Source: Nemertoderma westbladi
Lineage: Eukaryota > Animalia > Xenacoelomorpha
Reading direction: 5' to 3'
Length of the DNA: 32,185 bases
Assembly (NCBI GenBank): GCA_032718475.1
Contig: JAUCBJ010005023.1
Location: 1 to 32,185 of the forward strand
Shown piece by piece: positions 1 to 12,099 of this stretch; the stretch's first letter is position 1, and each line of letters opens with the position of its first letter. The translations under genes and the position numbers were made by a program. Under the pieces are notes generated by a model. It made no database searches, was not told where the DNA came from, and saw nothing but the letters and a program-made list of their open reading frames with translations.

Positions 1-258
1 CCACATCTTTTGCAAAAAACGACGTTGCAATTGGATTTCTACTTTTCGATGTGGGTGCCACCTCAAAATTTGGTCTCCAGCACCAAATTTTTTGAAATTT
101 TCAAATTTTACAAAGTCATTCGTGATTTAGTAATTATTTATGTTTGGGCTATTTTTATTTATTTTTATAGGTTTGGATCACTCTAATGCTCTATACAAGT
201 ATGTAAGTGTAGTGGCACGTCATTTTTGGAGAACCAAAATTAGGGCGTGGCACTTTAA

Positions 259-1820
259 CCCTATTAGTACCGGGCTATAAAATGTTGTACAAATACCGGG
301 GGGGGGGGGGGGGTCATATTGACCCCTCCCTCTAAAATCTACAAATATTTACGAAAACGTCTGATTTTTTGTTTGTACGTAGGTATCACTTGCCTGGATC
401 CGACCGAAAAAAAAAAATTTCGAAAAAATGTACTGGGGTGGTTATATTGCAGCACCAAAATTACAAGTAGTGCACAATTTTCACAAAATTTGAAAGTTAC
501 ATTTTCGGCTAATTATTTTTCAATACAGGTTTTCTGGGGTGCAAAATACATTGGAAAATATTTAAAAATGATATGATTACTATAAATGGCTGTTTAGACC
601 TCTCTGCGTAGGAAAAAAATGAAAAAAACAAGTAACCAGCACTTTTCAGTTAGAACACAAAATTTTTAATTCACTTATACGATGCTATAAATTCACATTT
701 TCAGGTTTTCGAGGGCGCTGATTCTAATGGAATACATTTCAAATATGCCAGATCATTGCTACTTGTATTTTTCGGCGTAATTTGGCAAATTTTGGTGCTA
801 GCACCAAATTTCGTACCCATCACCAAAAAGTACAAGTTTGCGATGTCCAGTGCTGTTTTTATTGATTCCATCGGATTCAGGACCCTCATAAACCCGTATA
901 ACGCAAGAAACAAGGTGAAACTATCTACTGATCAATTTGCATATTTTCCAAAATTTGGTGCTGGCACAACAATTTTCACCCAACGGCGAAAAATACAAGT
1001 TTGAGAACTCCTATGAAATTTTTACTGCTTCCATTGAATTCAGAACCATCACAAACCCGCATAACGCAAGAAACAAGGTGACACAATCAATTGATATATT
1101 TGATGGTTTTCAAAATTTGGTGCTGGCACCACATTTTGCACCCACATCCGAAAAATACAAGTTTGAGATGTCTAGTTCGATAATTATATATTCCATTGAA
1201 TTCAGAACAGCCATAAACCTCTAAAACGCAAGAAATAAATTGTCACAAGCAATTTTATCTATTGAATGGATTTTCAAAATTTCGTGCTAGCACCAAAATT
1301 TGCACACAGCACCGAAAAATACAAGTTTGATACGCTTAGTGCAATTCGTATATATTTCATCGAATCCAGAACCCCAAAAAACCCCAATTGCGTAAAAAAC
1401 AAGTTTCAAATAATCAATTTACAAAATTGACATATTTCAAAATTTGGTGCTGGCACCAAAATTTGGCACCCACCGAAAAAAACAAGTTTGAAATTTCTAA
1501 ATCAATTTATATGAATTCCATCCAATTTCTAACACCAAAAAACCGGTGTAAATCAAAAATAGAGATGTTACAATTCATATTTAATGAAATGTAATTTTCA
1601 AAAAACGTCTCAAAAAAAGTGCCAAAAGTAGGGTTAAAAAATGGTGCTATAACTCGAAAAGTACGCAATATTTTTGAAAACGGTTTTCACTACTAGGAAG
1701 ATAATAGATTTTTAGGAAAAGTCAGAAAGTTTCAGATTCCCAACTGCGTTTGTTTCAGAATTATAATAAAAAAACCACGGGGGGGGTCATATTGACCCCC
1801 CCCCCCCGGGTTTAATAGGG
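259..1820. mobile_element. Non-autonomous piggyBac-like DNA transposon
   Basis: Flanked by TTAA at 255-258 and 1821-1824. Termini are CCCTATTA...TAATAGGG, and both ends carry CCGGG, a G/C run and the palindrome GGGGTCATATTGACCCC. No transposase ORF. Confidence 0.7.
786..1560. repeat. Degenerate ~163-bp tandem repeat (about 5 units) inside the piggyBac-like element
   Basis: CAAAATTTGGTGCTRGCACC...GAAAAATACAAGTTTG...TTCCATYGAATTCAGAACC recurs near 786, 949, 1111, 1276 and 1438. Inverted partial units lie upstream (~500-790). Confidence 0.85.
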
Positions 1821-1842
1821 TTAAAATTTCAAAAGTCTGAAA

Positions 1843-2279
1843 GTGAAGTCTGGCACAAGTCTACATTACCGTCTTGATGTGATATGGATAAATACAGTAA
1901 AAATGATACTTTGAAATATCTCAAGGAATCAAGAATATACACATCACAGAAATGATCGATGTAGTGGGTGTATACACCTTCAAAATAAGGGTAGAGTCAT
2001 TAGTTTGTTCTTGAGTTATTTTACAAAATGTCAAGATTAAATCCACCAATTAATATTTGATATTGAGTTGACGCATTCCACACATTTTGTACAAAAACTA
2101 TAGTGAATTAATGATTTTGATCATAATCTCTTTATTTTTGAAGGTGTCTGTATACACTAAATCAATTTGTTGCAGTGATGTGTCTATTCTTGATTCCTTG
2201 AGATAATTCAAAATAATTTTTTTTGGGGATTTGTTCATATCACATCAAGGTGGTAATGTAGACTTGTGCTGGACTTCAC
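1843..2279. mobile_element. Foldback/MITE-like element with ~150-bp imperfect inverted arms
   Basis: GTGAAGTCTGGCACAAGTCTACATTACC...TCTCAAGGAATCAAGAATA...CACCTTCAAAA (1843-1990) is mirrored by TTTTGAAGGTG...TATTCTTGATTCCTTGAGA...GGTAATGTAGACTTGTGCTGGACTTCAC (2131-2279). Confidence 0.65.
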
Positions 2280-2670
2280 ATTTTCTGCGATATCTCAAGA
2301 ATTATTCGCTTTTTGTTTTGAAGTTGTCTACCCCCACTAAATCGGCCATTGCGGTTCTAATGATCATAATATTAATGCAGTAGGAGAACTCAAAGTTGGC
2401 CATCGCGAAAATTTAGAAATATCATCACTTGTGCCAAATGGTAGGTTCTGTCCATGATGGATTATTTCACTATAAGGTAGCATTTGTAGCTTAACGTAAA
2501 AACATTCTAAAATCCGACGCATTTTGATTAAATTACAGTAGTGTAATATGCCTATTCATATTGGTACACATAAATCCGTAGGTAATTCTATTGGCGCAGT
2601 GGTCAGATGGTTAAGGCGTTGGTTACATTACAGATCTGGAAGGTTCTAGCGGATTCTATGTCCCAGATTT

Positions 2671-2710
2671 GCTATATAAGGGCCGGTTTGCCCTCGGTTA
2701 TCACTCTATT
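2671..2710 (+). promoter_or_regulatory. Putative LTR Pol II core promoter (TATA + Inr-like)
   Basis: CTATATAAGGG is followed ~25 nt later by TCACTC. The same arrangement is at ~19163 and in the solo LTR (GTATAAAAAGGG ~4372). GCCAAT boxes lie upstream in the 3' LTR (19033-19080) and solo LTR (4136-4300). Confidence 0.5.
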
Positions 2711-3874
2711 CACATTATGTTATCCACACACTTACTTTTCTTGTTATATATCTTTAGATTTAATTTGTTTGATAAATCTTTGTAAATTACACAAATATAC
2801 TGTAAACTTTGAATATGATATTTTGTCTCGTCCACCTTTGGGACTGCCAAACATTTGGGAGATGGCTGCCTAAACCGTTAGGCCGTCAGCAACGCAGGGA
2901 AAGATGTCCACAACGCGCTAAGCGCCCACATTAGATTTGCCCGCGCACCCGTTCGAAGCATGCCCCCTTGCTATACAGCGCCCACTTCAGAGGAAGTTAA
3001 GACTTTGTTTGACGCCCTTGCCCGCAGTAAGACCTATAGATCAGGGTAAGCGTGATGCCGTCCTGGGACACCGTAAAATTTAGGATCGAATATTTAGACT
3101 TAGACAGGAGCAAATAGGCAAAATCCCCGGATTAACCTGTATCTCCTACAGGTGTGAACTATTGCTGTTTGTCAGTATGCGCAAGTACACTTTTGGTGCA
3201 GACAGCACAAGTTCCATAATTTGGTGACTTGCAGTACTGACAGCTCTGTACCGGTTCACTTTGTAGTTTATACATTTGATTGCCCCTGTCTGAGCCCGAA
3301 ATATTTGATCAGACAAGGAGCAGCTTTCTGCTACCGGCACTTTGCTTGGCCTAGGGAGGTTTACTAATATCCTACCGCGCCTTGCCACATACTGATAGGT
3401 ATTGCTGCTAACCACCGCGGCAACACAATTCTAGAATCAAATTGTATACCAGATCAGCTAACGTACGGTAGCAATTAACACCTATTTCTTATCTTACAAC
3501 CAGAATCTGGTATTTGTGCCGATCACGGGTGTAGTTACTAACACCGTAATTGCCCGGTTGAGTTGTGGATAGGAAGGAGAGAGCTTTGATGTCATTTTGT
3601 AAGTATAAAGCCCTACAGAGCGTGATTAGCTTATTTTAGTAGCTATTGTTTTTGGTCAGAAATCACCGAAACCTAGTACGACGGCGATACACCAAAATTG
3701 TTTTATTTGTAACACACACACACGTCCTAAAACATATATACCCCCATCGAGACCTGCTAGCTACTAGCTTACTTTAGGTTACTTTCAATAGGATTTATTC
3801 TGCAGTTCTACCATTCTTATTTGTAATTTTAGGAGATATTTAGTATTTAGTTTTACGGCAAGTATTTTAGATGG

Positions 3875-6165
3875 TGATGAATTATTTCACTATAAGGTAG
3901 CATTTGTAGTTTAACTTTAACGTAAAAACTTTCGAAAATCCGACGTATTTTGATTAAGTTACAGTAATGTAATATGCCTATTCATATTTGTACACATAAA
4001 ACCCTTAGGCACTCTCGTGGCGTAGTGGTCAGATGGTTAAGGCGTTGGTTACATTACATAGGTTACGAGTTCGAATCCCAGTCGGGAAATTTGTATTTTG
4101 GGGCCATTTATTTTCGTTTGGTGCTAATTGGTAGGCCAATGAGAAGCGTACAACGTAGCGAATGATGAGCCAGGCCAATCATAGGGCATAAATTATCTTA
4201 TTGCTCAAATGTGAGGCAGTGGAAAATTCTGTTAGGATTCCATGTCCCAGATTAGTGTAAGGGCCGGACTGCGTTGAACGATGAGCTGGGCCAATCATAG
4301 GGCACGAAGCACTTCATTGCTCAATTGTGAAGCTGTGGAAAATTCTGTTTAGTTTCCATGTGCAATTTCTAGTATAAAAAGGGCGGTTTGCCTTCGGTTA
4401 TCACTTCTATCACACTTCTTAGAACCCTTATGTTACACTCTCTTATTCTTGTAAAAATTAGTTAATTCGGTTTCTTGTTGAAACTTCGTTTTGATAAATC
4501 CTTTGTAAAACTGTAAATATACTGCAAATTCCTGAACATGTTTTTCCTTTGGTCCAACTTCGGGACAGCCGAACATCAGGGAGATGGCAGCCTAGACCGT
4601 TAGGCCGTAAGCAACGCAGGGAAGGGATGTCCACAACACGCTAGCGCCCACATTGGATCGACCGCGCACCCCCTTTGCCCCTTCGAAATGCTCAACTTGC
4701 CATGCAGCGCCCGCTTTGTGAGAAAGGTAAGACTTTGTTCGACGCCCTTGCCCGCCGTAAGACCTATAGATCAGGGTAAGCGTGACACCGTACTGGACGC
4801 CACAAATTTAGGATCAAATAATTATATCCAGACAACCCCCCCCCCCCCCCCCCTTTGTCAAGTCCTACGAATCCCTGGGTTAACCTGTACTTCCTACAGG
4901 TGCGAACTATTGCCATTCGTCAGTACGCGAGTACATATTAGGTACGGACAGCATATGTTCCATAATTTAGTGAGTCGTAGCACTGACTCTTTGGTACCGG
5001 TTCGCTTTGTAGAACGTACATTAGTACCCCCCCCCCCCCCCCCCCTGTCTGGAGTTAGCTATTTGATCAGGCAAGGAGCATTTCTGCTACCGGCACACTG
5101 CTTGGCCTAGGGAGGTTTATTAATATCCTATCGCGCCTTGCCACGTACTGATAGGTATTGCTGCTAACTACCGCAGCAACAAAGTTCTAGAATTAAATTA
5201 GTATACCAGATCAGCTAACGTACGGTAGCGATTAACCCCTATTCTTATCTTACAACCAGAATCTGGTATTAGTGCCGATCACGGGTGTAGTTACTAACAC
5301 TGTGGTTGCCCATTGGGTTGTGGATAGGAAGGAGAGAGCTTTGACGTCATTTGTGAGTATAAAGTTCTACAAAACGCGACTAGTTTATTTTAGTAGCTAG
5401 CGCACGGTATCATTTAGTCAGAAAATCACTAAAACCTAGTAAAAGGAATTACACGAAATAGTTTTATTTGTAACACACCCACACACACACGCCCTAAAAC
5501 ATATTGCCCTTAAAGTTCTACTAGCTATAGCGCACTATACATTACTTTAGGTGGAAATTGTCTGTATTTGTAAAATTAGGATCCGATTTAGTTGCGGCAA
5601 AATAAGGAGTATTTCACTTTCGTTATTAAACTGTTGATTTCTATCCAGCAGTTATTGTTACATTTAGGCCTGACCCTTTAGACTGATTTCGTACAGGGGG
5701 ATCAGTTATCGTTACATTAGGTACGACCCCTTTCGACTGATTTTAGGACTGAATCAGTGTTGTTACGCTAGGTCTGTTAACCCACTAGCTCGTATATAAA
5801 CCATATAAATCACACCGCGGCAAGTTACTGTATTTAGGACTGTCAGTGATAGTTAGGATTCGCTGCGCGGGGATTGTTTTCCCGTGAGTTTGGTCTGTTA
5901 CTGTAACTGTACATCTGCCTCACCGGTTAGAGGACAGGTATCCTTCTGTCTAGTACGTAGGCATTAGACCCGCTCACGTACATAGAATAGATACTAGGCT
6001 CTGTTCCTCGCCAGTAGTCGTTTGTGTACTGTATCTGTTTGTTTAGATATCCTGGACTGGGATTTGTTGTCAGATACTGTACGAGCCCGTATACATTACT
6101 AGAGTCTCATAGTAAGATACATCGTTACTAGGATCTGGTAAGCGGTATACTACTGGACCCTTACA
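3875..6165 (+). mobile_element. Solo LTR of a related BEL subfamily inserted in the 5' LTR
   Basis: TGATGAATTATTTCAC...GGACCCTTACA is homologous along its length to the host LTR but diverged. TSD GATGG at 3870-3874 and 6166-6170. The empty site TTTTAGATGGCATGCACC is seen in the 3' LTR (~20065-20082). Confidence 0.93.
4012..4099 (+). ncRNA. tRNA-derived Pol III-like unit in the solo LTR
   Basis: A box TGGCGTAGTGG (4018-4028), B box GTTCGAATCC (4069-4078), T4 at 4096-4099. No intact anticodon arm. Confidence 0.6.
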
Positions 6166-6670
6166 GATGGCATGCACCCTTTTGACTGCTTTGCCCCTGT
6201 CAGCAGTATTGTTACTTTAGGTACTACCCCCTTTTTGACTGCTACCGCTTGTTAGTAGTATTGTTATGCTAGTCTGGTAATCCACTAGCTCGTATATAAA
6301 CCATATAAATCACACCGCGGCAAGTTTACGGTATTTAGGTCCGTTAGCGATAGTTAGGATTCGCTGCGCGGGGATTGTTTTCCTGTGAGTTTGGTCTGTC
6401 ACTGTAGACTGTACATCTGCCTCACCGGTTAGAGGCCGGGTATCCTGTTTTGTCTAGTTCGCCCGGGCATTTGACACGCCCACGTATTAGAATAGACACC
6501 AGGCTCCATTCCTCGTCAGTAGTAGTTCGCGTATTTAGTATCTGTTTATTTAGACACCCTGGACTGGGATTTATTGTCAGATACTGTACGAGCCCGTATA
6601 CACTACTAGATCTTACAGTAAGGTACATCATTACTAGGATCCGGTAGGCGGTATACTACTGGACTTTTCA

Positions 6671-6681
6671 GTAGGAGATAT
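6671..6681 (+). other. Non-canonical primer-binding-site position of element 1
   Basis: GTAGGAGATAT follows the LTR CA directly, with no TGG. The first 10 nt are complementary to TATCTCCTAC at 3140-3149 and 19630-19639. Confidence 0.55.
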
Positions 6682-7494
6682 ATATATAAATATATATTAT
6701 TAGCTATTGTAAAGGTGGGAAGATATTTTACAATTTAAAAATTTAATAAAGTTAGTAATTTGTAGAACGTCCCCTGCCAGTAGGCCTTTAGGGTAGTTTT
6801 ATTCATATTTAGCTAGCTATAAATAGTTAGTTAGTTTGTAATTATTTGTTGTACGCCGTGTGTGTGCGGTGTTACTTTTCGGTACTTGAAAAGGTACATA
6901 GGGTTTAAAGACCAAGTTGTATCGGTACCTAGGAAGAATTTTCGTAGAGTAGAAGTAAAACTCTCACCTTCGACTTTTCAGGACTCAAGGATTCCTTTCT
7001 GGACCGCTTCGAGGGATTAGACCGCTTTTCGCAAAGTTTGGGAGACACAAAATTCGTCCGCGATGCCGAAAACGGAACGACCCACGTCCGGTTTGTATTT
7101 GGGAATTTGCACGACTGGAAAATCAAAGGAGCGTAAGTTTTACGACTCTTGTCGTTCAAACTTAAGAGCACAGTAGTACTCAAAATTTGTGGGTTCCACT
7201 GTCTAATTAGTAGTATTGTTGGTACTTATTTTCCCATTAGACGTTGCTGTTTTGCCTATTGTTTGTACTTGTTGATCTACATTTTGGTAACGTATACCGT
7301 TATCTCACTTATTCGTACAAATTTAGCCGGTAGGCTAGATTATTACATATTTTATTATATACTTTGATTTTATTTGTACCGGTTAGGGTATATATATGGT
7401 ATATATATATACTAAGGTAAGTTTGACATTTTGACATTTCGACATTCTGATACTTTGACATTTTATTACCCGTACTTGACGTATATAATAAGAC

Positions 7495-10400
7495 ATGAGT
7501 GATACACCACATTCACTCGATACCCACCTACCGACTATGACTCGTGCGACCCAGACAGATCGACAGTAGACGAACCGAGAAGGAGAACCCAAGATTCCAC
7601 CGATGTCACACCGCATATTACTCGAAACTTCGGAGAAGGTTTTCGCGTTTTACGCGAGTTAACCGCCCCGATGTCGAGATACGAGTTCTACACCTTACAG
7701 GTAAGGATAGAAAGTAGGGTACATGCTTCTGTAGATAAACTTAAAGGTTTACACGAACTTGCAGAGTTGCGTGGCGACAACTTTACTCAGGTAAAGATAA
7801 TAGATAAGTTGGTAAGTGCGAGGGAAAGCCTCATCCAGTTTAAGTCGGTTGTAGGATCGACTCAGCAAGAACAACTCGACCAACTGTTATGTGAGTCAGT
7901 TTCGGACGCATTGTTACAACCCGAAGACTATACTGCCTGGATGGGAGGTTAGAGACGCTCACCAATTTTCTTCGTAGATGTGGCGTCGTACCGATCGAAG
8001 AACCGGAAGTCGAACCGCGAGGGATGACGGAAGTTCTAACTACGGAAGGCTCGCGAGCCTACCAAATTCCACAACTGGATAGATCGTTCGTTAGTGTGCG
8101 GAGCGACGTTGGCGATGTTAGTAGGACAGCATCTGTAATTACTCGACAACAACAGGAGGTCGCACGCCGAAAACAAGTCGCCGAGGAAGAAACGCAACGA
8201 CAATTGGCGCAGATTGCGGCGGAAGGAGAAAGACAGCGCAGAGAAGATGTAGCGAAATTTGCGAAACTCCAGGCTCAAGCCGAATTTGAAGCATCGGAGA
8301 TGCGGAGATTAGAGGAGGATTTAGCGCGAGAAGCGGCGGCAGCAGCCGACCAGTTAGCACGACAGGCGGCAGCTGACGAGTTAGCACGACAGGCGGCAGC
8401 TGACGAGTTAGCACGACAGGCGGCAGCTGACGAGTTAGCACAACAGGTGGCAGCTGACGAGTTAACACGGAAGAAAGCAGCATCCGATGCTCGTGCCAAG
8501 TTGGAGGCGCGACAAATAAACGCTCGTTTAGCTATACAGGAAGCGGAGTTAGCAGCACAACAACAGGTGGCCGATCGCTGCGAAAGGGAGATGCAGCTCC
8601 AGTTCAAACTAAATCGCAGATCGCGCGAGGTGGCGAACGCGCAAGAGGACCTCGAACTCGATGCGAGAGATAGATCTATAAGGTCTCGAGCTGGACATGA
8701 CTTGTCTGCCCTGGATCGCATGGAGACTCGATATCGCGGAATTCAGAAGCGAATCAAGGAAGGAAGTGTGGGAGCGATAGATCGAGGAGAGGAGTTTGTC
8801 GAGGATTACTGTCAACGTTTTCCACAAGTTATTCCTATGCTCAAACCCACGACTCCAGTAAAACCGGTCATAGTTGCAAAACCGAAGAAAATATCACCCA
8901 TGCAAGGTAATAGGTTTGTTATGTCGGAATCAATTCCGCAGCCACGAGCGACTTCATCGCGATTCTCGCAGGTAAGATAAGTAGTCCACCTACTGTAAGC
9001 CGTAGTTTACTTGTAGAGAGAGACGAACCTGCATTTATGAATGTAAAACAGGTGAGTAAACCATTACAAGTTAAACCTGTGCCGTGCTGCGCAAACCCAG
9101 TCATTTATAAACCTACAGTAGCACTTAACTCTGATGTTTTTACTAGACCCCTCACCCAATGTTTATCGAGACCTACAACTTCGTGGAAGGCTTGCAAGCC
9201 TACCGAACAACGAAGGACTAACCTTGTGGGTAGTACCCACACTATCGAACCAAGTTTAACAAGACCTACGACTTCGTGGAAGGCTTGCGAGCCTACCGAA
9301 CAATGGAGAGCCGTAGATCCCAGACCACAACGAACGCGACAAAGAGTAATATGCCGTATGCGAACCCACCAACCACCTTATCTGGATGACAGCGACTCAT
9401 CCAGTGACTCGGAGTCGACAGAATGGGAAATATTCCGTACTGGAGCGGCAGCGGCAGCGGATTACAAATGGGAGGAGAGATCGACAAATCCATACATCGA
9501 CAATCCTCCACGAGAAACACCTTTGCAGAAACCCACGTTGCAACCAACGGAAGCGATTAGCGCCAAACAGTTCACCGAGATGATGGACTGACTAGCTCAA
9601 CTCGAAGAGCGACTCGAAGCGCAACTGTCGGATCGATCATGAACCAGCATGGAGTTGGAACAACCTAGACAACATCGACCACTAAGGAGAGAACAGGAGA
9701 CTAGACAGACGCCGAACCATCGAGAAGAAGATCCTGTTAATATTTCCTACCGACGGACAACGCGCAGAAGGGAACGACGCAACCGAACAAGGACACGGAC
9801 AGTTGGATTTGGTTAGCGAGATTGCGAAGTTTGCGGCTAGACACGGATTACCGGCACAACAACCGCCGAAGTTCTCTGGCAACGCAAAACACTGGCGTAC
9901 GCTGGTAGACTACGTAGAGTCCCAGATCGCTAAGTGTGCTTTCACCTCGATGGAGAAGTTTAATTACTTGCTCCAGGTTCTGTCTGGTGAGCCGAAACGA
10001 TTAGCGGAAACCTTCATTGGTGTTCCAGATGCCTTTGAGTTGGCGTATGACCGTTTGTATTCGATTTACGGCGGCAACGTAGCCATGGCTAAATCTATAT
10101 CGAAGACCTCTGTAGAGGAGGAAGTATTTCGAAACCGATCAATCTTTTACGACTCGCGGACAAAATCAAGAATGCTATACGGACTTTATGGTCCATTGGA
10201 CAACTCGAATACGCTAACGCACCGACAGTTCTCATTATGATAATCGGTCGAATTCATCATCGATTACGACGAGAATGGCGACGCATCGAGTATCAGCGTG
10301 AAGAGGCCGGTGGGCTATTAAAACTTACCGACGTCTACCAACTGATTTCGCGGGAGGCCGTAGTGGAGATTTGATCAAACTATACTGATCACCATATAGC

Positions 10401-10943
10401 GGCAGAAGGAATAGCTATTGCTCCGCCGACTCGGACCAAACCATTTCCGACGAACGCAAAAGCCGTGACTTATGCCACCCGACCGAAACTTCTAAAGTTC
10501 TGACGCCTATTGGCACCAAGCAGCCACGACAACAGTTGCCGGCGGACTTTGTGGGATGCTCATAGTGCGAGCGGAACGGCAGAAACCACAGCGGACATAA
10601 ACTACGTGGATGTCGCGCTTTTAGAGAGTTGGGAGTTAAAGAAAGGAGACTTCAAATTCGATCTTTGGATTCTTGTTGGAGATGTACCAAGCCTGGACAC
10701 GTCCGGAAGGATTGCCCGAGCGACAATACATGTCCTCTATGTGGACGTAACCACGACTCGTTACTTCACACAAACAGTCATACTCTGACCAGACGCTTTC
10801 GACGAGAGCATCCAGATAAAGCGGCTAGATGCGACGCACTTTATAAAGAGCGTGCGCCACGCGAGACTCATACATTCTATACGGACTGTATGGATCAATC
10901 AGGCTCATCGGACAAGGATGAGGAGGAAGACAACACCTTTTAA
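7495..10943 (+). pseudogene. gag: BEL/Pao Gag (fragmented by stops and frameshifts)
   Basis: Long coiled-coil N-terminal part (8024-8980). DUF1759-like PPKFSGNAKHW...EKFNYLLQVLSGEP (9803-10240). Cys/His knuckles CWRCTKPGHVRKDC and CPLCGRNHDSLLH (10629-10943), plus a first knuckle near 10555-10615. The start at ATG 7495 is tentative. Confidence 0.9.
8340..8465 (+). repeat. 27-bp coding tandem repeat (AADELARQA)n, ~5 units
   Basis: GCAGCTGACGAGTTAGCACGACAGGCG repeated in frame within the gag coiled coil. Confidence 0.9.
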
Positions 10944-11576
10944 GTGCATGCAGGGGAGGAACAACCATCGATAACACTCCTCACACAGAACCAATTGAAA
11001 GGGTTTAGCGTGATTCCTATAAAGATTACCGGAACCCGAGGGAGCAAGCGTATATACGCTATCTTAGACTCTGCGTCATCGCATAGTTACGTCAACGAAC
11101 AAGTAGCTGACGTAGTTACGGACATGAGTAAAGGTAAGACTGCTCAGTATACTGTAAGCAGCATGCATGGTAAGAGAGCAATCCCAGTGACGAGAGTAAA
11201 ACTTACCTTAGACACTCTTCTTTCCAAAACGGAATACAGCAAGGAGGAGCGCTCATTACTTCCAGTAAGAAATTTGACCATTGCATCTACGAAGGACTTT
11301 AGTAACTTGCTCGGCCCTGTGCCAGAGCTATCACCGGAAGATTGTAAGTATTTCCGATACCTTAGAATACCGGAATGTCCTGTTAATTATCGCTCAATCG
11401 TGATGTTGATTGGGACAGACCAGTTTAACTTACATCAGGTATGGGAGACACGCCCCTCTGTTATTACAGCGGGCAACCCCTACGCATGTAGAACTCCCAT
11501 AGGTTGGTATACTAGAGCACCAGTGCATTCAGTAGAGGTAAGTGATCAGGAGGATGACGTTTTTGAGTACGTGTAG
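10944..11576 (+). pseudogene. pol: BEL/Pao aspartic protease domain
   Basis: IYAILDSASSHSYV active-site motif, MLIGTD, and PYACRTPIGW. Confidence 0.9.
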
Positions 11577-12099
11577 TTTACTGACTACCACGATAGATAA
11601 TTCTCCTTCACACTCCTGTGGTCCAATTGTACAGACTGCACTACAACAGACTTGCGTCGCTAATGCTGACGTAACTGATACTGACATAACTGATCTGGAT
11701 ACGACCACACGGACCTCTGACTTACAACTACTTGCAGTAAACCAGGTTGTATTGACTACTGAAGACCAAAGGGTTGTTGCTGTGGATGACTCGATGAATG
11801 AGGGTTTTGGAAGGCTTGCGAGCCTACCGAAAAATCCGAAGGTCATTGACCCCACCCACCAGTCTTCGACACCGGTCATTGATCTTGGAAGGCTTGCGAG
11901 CCTACCGACAGATCAGAAGGTTGTCAAACCGCCACACGACGATTCGACGCCGACTAGTGACACCGGAAAGCTTGCGAGCCTACCAGACACATTGACACTA
12001 GCCACCGCAACGGACAAAGACGTGGACGAGGACCATGGCGCAGTGCAAGCAGCGCTTGACCGACTGCTGACTGAACGGACCATTAACTGGTTAGAACAG

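Larger units (their letters stand above)
2455..6670 (+). repeat. 5' LTR of element 1, interrupted by a solo LTR (about 1920 bp without the insert)
   Basis: Starts TGATGGATTATTTCAC and ends GGACTTTTCA. Near-identical to 18776-20569 apart from the nested insert and two reciprocal deletions. Confidence 0.95.

Noticed and set aside
319-1594. Short ORFs in the flanks (also 21423-21626, 22473-22769, 31729-31971) as host genes or transposase
   Set aside because: They are translations of AT-rich repeats with no recognisable domain or exon structure.
2826-2935. Self-cleaving ribozyme in the hairpin-rich LTR segment (GTCC/GGAC, GCCTAA/TTAGGC)
   Set aside because: I could not fit hammerhead (CUGANGA...GAAA), HDV, twister or pistol cores by eye. 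An Rfam/Infernal scan would settle it.
3152-5110. LTR-encoded protein (ORF 4688-5110 and the matching frame at 3152-3367)
   Set aside because: Frames differ between LTR copies by indels and stops, and substitutions are mostly non-synonymous. The protein similarity is explained by DNA homology.
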